From assembly GCA_950097015.1 (NCBI GenBank), contig CATNEN010000003.1, positions 14,198,001 to 14,262,000 on the forward strand: 64,000 bases of DNA. The letters run 5' to 3'. The stretch comes from Macrostomum hystrix. Taxonomy: Eukaryota > Animalia > Platyhelminthes. Positions 62,018-64,000 of this stretch are shown here, piece by piece (positions within the stretch are counted from its first letter, which is position 1; the number at the start of each line of letters is the position of its first letter). Under the pieces are notes generated by a model, which was not told the DNA's origin, did no database searches, and was given only the letters and a program-made list of their open reading frames with translations. The translations under genes and the position numbers were made by a program.

Positions 62018-64000
62018 GTCGCAACTGTTCTAAAAAATCTTAGACGAAGTGATAAAAAATCGGGGTATATACACGATAGTAATGTTCAACCAGCATGTGC
62101 ATTGTTTTGAGCTTTGTTTCAGAAAAGACAATATCTATACAGACAAGTTTTAGAAAAAAGGAGCGTTGATTTTGTCAGTGTGACGTGTAGTGGCAGTAGC
62201 GGGAAATTCAACAGTGCTCAACAGTGCTTTGAGATTTTTATGCTGGCTTCTGTATGTAGAGTGGATAAATGCCCACAATATGCGTGCATGCGAATATGCA
62301 CGCTTATATATTGATAGACCCTTATAAGAAGCTTCTAGATTAAGGTTTTCAATAACATTTATGTCACTAAAAAAATCATATTCACCATCTATTGATGTCA
62401 TCTCTAGTACTATCTATACACGGTAATACAATTAGTTCATGAATATTAAATGTAAGTGCACACTGAATATGAGATGATTGTGATTTACCCGCATTTTATG
62501 CCTACGAGACTCGTATATTATAGGCCATGAGACAGATAGCACAATAACACTTAGTAAGTGAAGTTTTGCTTTGATTAAGTGCTCAAGAAATTCTATCTTT
62601 TGAGACGCTCGTTCGAGCCCAGGTATGAGTTGAGTAGCTAAAGATCATCTTCAAATCATAAATGTTAAAAAAGCACAATGAGCCTGGGGCAACATGCAGG
62701 CCACTCGCTGCATGGTTGCTCTGATTCAACGAGTGTAATAAGTTTGTCAGCAATTGTTGACAACTAGAATATTGTGGCATTGTCTTCTTGAAGAAAATTG
62801 AATTGTTTCGTTCCCCCTGGCAACCGGACAATCTCCGACGAGGTCGGTGATTTCTGCAGCATGTCCATGGACTGGATAGCTCTTAACAGACTTTAACAGT
62901 TGAAAGACCATGGGGATATTTCAAATACCCGCATTTGAAATATCTTCCTACTGTTAAAATCTTTCAATAGTTGTATTGCAGGCCAAGGCGATAATCAAAT
63001 TGAGCTCCTGTTGCATCAACATCCGGTTTTATCAAACCAATAAAATTGTTTTCACTTCTCAATGGGGCTTGATTGAGCAATGCTCAAAGGTCTCGGGCCA
63101 TATGTGTGCATGTGAAACAAGCAGCGTGTGTTGACAGTTAGGAATCACATATAGGTGACAAAAGTCAACAGTGAGCAGTGGGTGGAACACGCAGGATAGC
63201 TATAATGCAGAGTCAAGTTTTCTCGAGGGAGACAACTTAAGACATGCTGTATTTGATCAAATACAGCAGCCCACCCGCCTGCCTGCTGGGCCGCTGGGGT
63301 TTGAGTAAAGTTAAAACTCTGTGAAGTTGCATCTGTATCCATATGACCATTGTTGAGCGGAATTGAAATTTAAATATTTCATAAATCTCTTTCTCTTCGA
63401 AGCGATCGAATATTTATATAGAATTTCTTGTCTAGCTTTTCAGTCTCATCTTTGAGTCGAGTCATACAGACTCCTCGAATGAAAATATGAGGCAGCTCTG
63501 TATTCTAGGAATACAGAGCAGAATTCACTCCAGTGTGACCATGCTGACGGCGGCCTCTGTTCCAGCGCGAAAGCAGATTTCAATTCCCCCGACGACCATG
63601 GCAGAGCGCTGAATGCGGAGGCGAGTCGCACTCCTCCTTCGGAGGAAAAAGCCCGCCCATATATATACGTAATAAAGCTACCTCCACTTTGAGGATGACT
63701 TCCAGCTCTGAATAATTGATTCGCTGCTCTCCGAGTCTGCAGCACCCAACTGCCATAGTCTGTTGCTGCCTAAAACATAAAACAGAGGCCCGAGATCGAG
63801 AGAAATAGAACGGGATCTGCGGTCACGCCTCTGTGACTGCTGATTAGGGAGAAACTTTCTATTTCAACAAGACTGGGAGATGGCAATGTGGAGAGTGGCT
63901 AAGTGAAATGAGAGGCCCGCTGATGAAAGCTGCTGTATCAGTCGAAACTGGGGAAAGATTTTCTTTATAGGGGCAGGGGGAGAATTTTTTCATTTTCCCG

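Noticed and set aside
63920-63956. Hammerhead-like CTGATGAAAGCTG..CAGTCGAAAC
   Set aside because: Stem II is plausible, but I found no stem III/NUH site or stem I. At most it is a decayed relic.

Overview
Intron-rich animal genomic DNA with GC-rich, poly-Q/poly-A coding exons and many short-period minisatellites. This is consistent with a free-living flatworm such as Macrostomum, which is an inference only. Six protein genes were reconstructed exon by exon by hand: an amphiphysin/BIN-like BAR protein (-), an SLC6 glycine-transporter-like gene (-), a USF-like bHLH-ZIP (+), a cut/CUX homeobox gene with three CUT domains (-), an SRSF10-like SR protein (+), and the 5' part of a COE/EBF/collier gene (+, runs off the window). 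Mobile DNA includes a decayed Crypton-type tyrosine recombinase, a decayed RT+RNase H LINE, two tRNA-derived SINE families, two hAT-type non-autonomous elements with 8-bp TSDs, and foldback elements. The most notable observations are: (1) a U12-type AT-AC intron in the SRSF10-like gene, plus a candidate poison exon; (2) evidence that intronic minisatellites grow from small dispersed seeds, namely an unexpanded copy of one array's two boundaries and a hAT MITE filled with the window's commonest 16-mer; (3) a degenerate third CUT domain; (4) a minisatellite built from USF-type E-boxes near a USF gene. Most long ORFs in the supplied track are translations of satellites. Array boundaries are approximate.
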